A stretch of DNA of 64,000 nt, taken from an uncultured cyanobacterium. Its GTDB lineage: Bacteria; Cyanobacteriota; Cyanobacteriia; Cyanobacteriales; Cyanobacteriaceae. The notes beneath the pieces were generated by a model, which did no database searches, was not told the origin of the DNA, and worked only from the letters and a program-made list of their open reading frames with translations. The stretch is taken from NCBI GenBank assembly GCA_963710605.1, contig CAVQBA010000001.1:64001-128000 (forward strand). The letters run 5' to 3'. The position numbers and the translations under genes are program-made. The first letter of the stretch is position 1. Every line of letters begins with the position of its first letter. Shown here piece after piece: positions 62,964 through 64,000 of the stretch.

Positions 62964-64000
62964 TCAATCTATCAATTGTTTGCGGTTATCCATTAATAAT
63001 TTAATCGCTGATTGAGCATGAAAAATCACCTGCTGATTACCACTTAATTCAATTTCTTGTAAAAAAGGAATAGCTTCAAATGCTCTTAACTGACTCCAGG
63101 TATAACATAGTGCTTGTAAAACTTGCGGTTGTCGCCCAGAAGGTAATTCGCTTTCATAAAATTGAGTCAAAATATCAAGGATGACTGATTTTAATTCAGT
63201 AGGCTGATCAATTCTACCTAAAACTTTAATGATTTCTACAGTTAACATTTCAGGGCTTACTAGAATGTATTTACCCAAACATTCGATACTTTCAGTTGTT
63301 TCTATCCATCCTAAAACTCTAATGATTGTTTGCTTTAAAGCCTCAGGAGTAAAATTAGAAACTAAAACTTCTTCTAAAGCCCAGACAGCGAATGGATGAC
63401 GACAGCGACTTAAGGCAATTGCCGCTTGTTGTGCTACAGATAAATCAACATCACTAAGTAAGGGAATGATAATAGAAATCAAAGGTATCTCTTGATTGGC
63501 TTTTAATTTTAAACCCAAACCGATTAAAGCTTCTTTTCTAATTTGCGAATTAAAGTCTTGTAAAGCATTAATCATTACTTGGATAATTTTAGGATGACTA
63601 AAGTTACGTAAAGCGACAATAGCTGTTTTTCTCACTTCCACATTCTCATCTTCTACTACCGACAATAAAGACTCAATTACTTTTTTGCTAGGTATTTGGG
63701 CTAATGCTTTACAAGCTAATAAACGATAAGATTCTTTTTTCAGTAATCCAGATAAATAGAAAATAGCCTCTTTTCCTTGAACTGCTAGAGTTTGAGTCGC
63801 TAAAGAAATTAATTCATCTTCCTCAGTTTTATTTAATAATTCAGTAACAACTAAAATAATTTCAGGATTTCTCAGTTGACTAAATATTCTCAATCCAAAA
63901 CAACGATGTTCAACTTCCGCATTTTCATCAAGAATAACTTTTTTTAATGGTGAAATAACTGCATCACCAAATTTAACTAATATTTTGGCCGCCGCCCATT
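62964..64000 (-). CDS. HEAT/PBS-lyase repeat protein (5' end beyond window)
   Basis: DENVEVRKTAIVAL, DFNSQIRKEALIGL, DVDLSVAQQAAIAL; frame stays open to the window edge. Confidence 0.85.
   Translation of the reverse strand, partial: WAAAKILVKFGDAVISPLKKVILDENAEVEHRCFGLRIFSQLRNPEIILVVTELLNKTEEDELISLATQTLAVQGKEAIFYLSGLLKKESYRLLACKALAQIPSKKVIESLLSVVEDENVEVRKTAIVALRNFSHPKIIQVMINALQDFNSQIRKEALIGLGLKLKANQEIPLISIIIPLLSDVDLSVAQQAAIALSRCRHPFAVWALEEVLVSNFTPEALKQTIIRVLGWIETTESIECLGKYILVSPEMLTVEIIKVLGRIDQPTELKSVILDILTQFYESELPSGRQPQVLQALCYTWSQLRAFEAIPFLQEIELSGNQQVIFHAQSAIKLLMDNRKQLID

Overview
AT-rich chromosomal window from a unicellular cyanobacterium (psbA, psb27, very frequent HIP1-type CGATCG sites, heptamer STRR tandem repeats; a Cyanobacterium/Geminocystis-like lineage is an inference). 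Housekeeping genes (ktrB/ktrA, acnB, wecB, hemW, urtDE, lepB, RND pump) are mixed with accessory DNA: an orphan 8-repeat CRISPR array beside an LRR + aldo-keto reductase pair with a degenerate repeat on the far side; a dense array of small toxin-antitoxin modules whose boundaries carry a same-strand HIP1-cored motif; a 1467-aa globin-containing nitric oxide synthase; an intact IS605 (tnpA/tnpB) whose ends and TAM can be deduced and which inserted silently into the lepB stop codon; a stand-alone RNA-ligase-like gene; a GpsA-like orphan; and several tiny repeat families, including a ~50-nt covarying structured element inserted into tandem repeats and into itself. Several genes are split by single extra bases, which may be assembly errors. 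All calls come from reading motifs by eye; no database searches were run.
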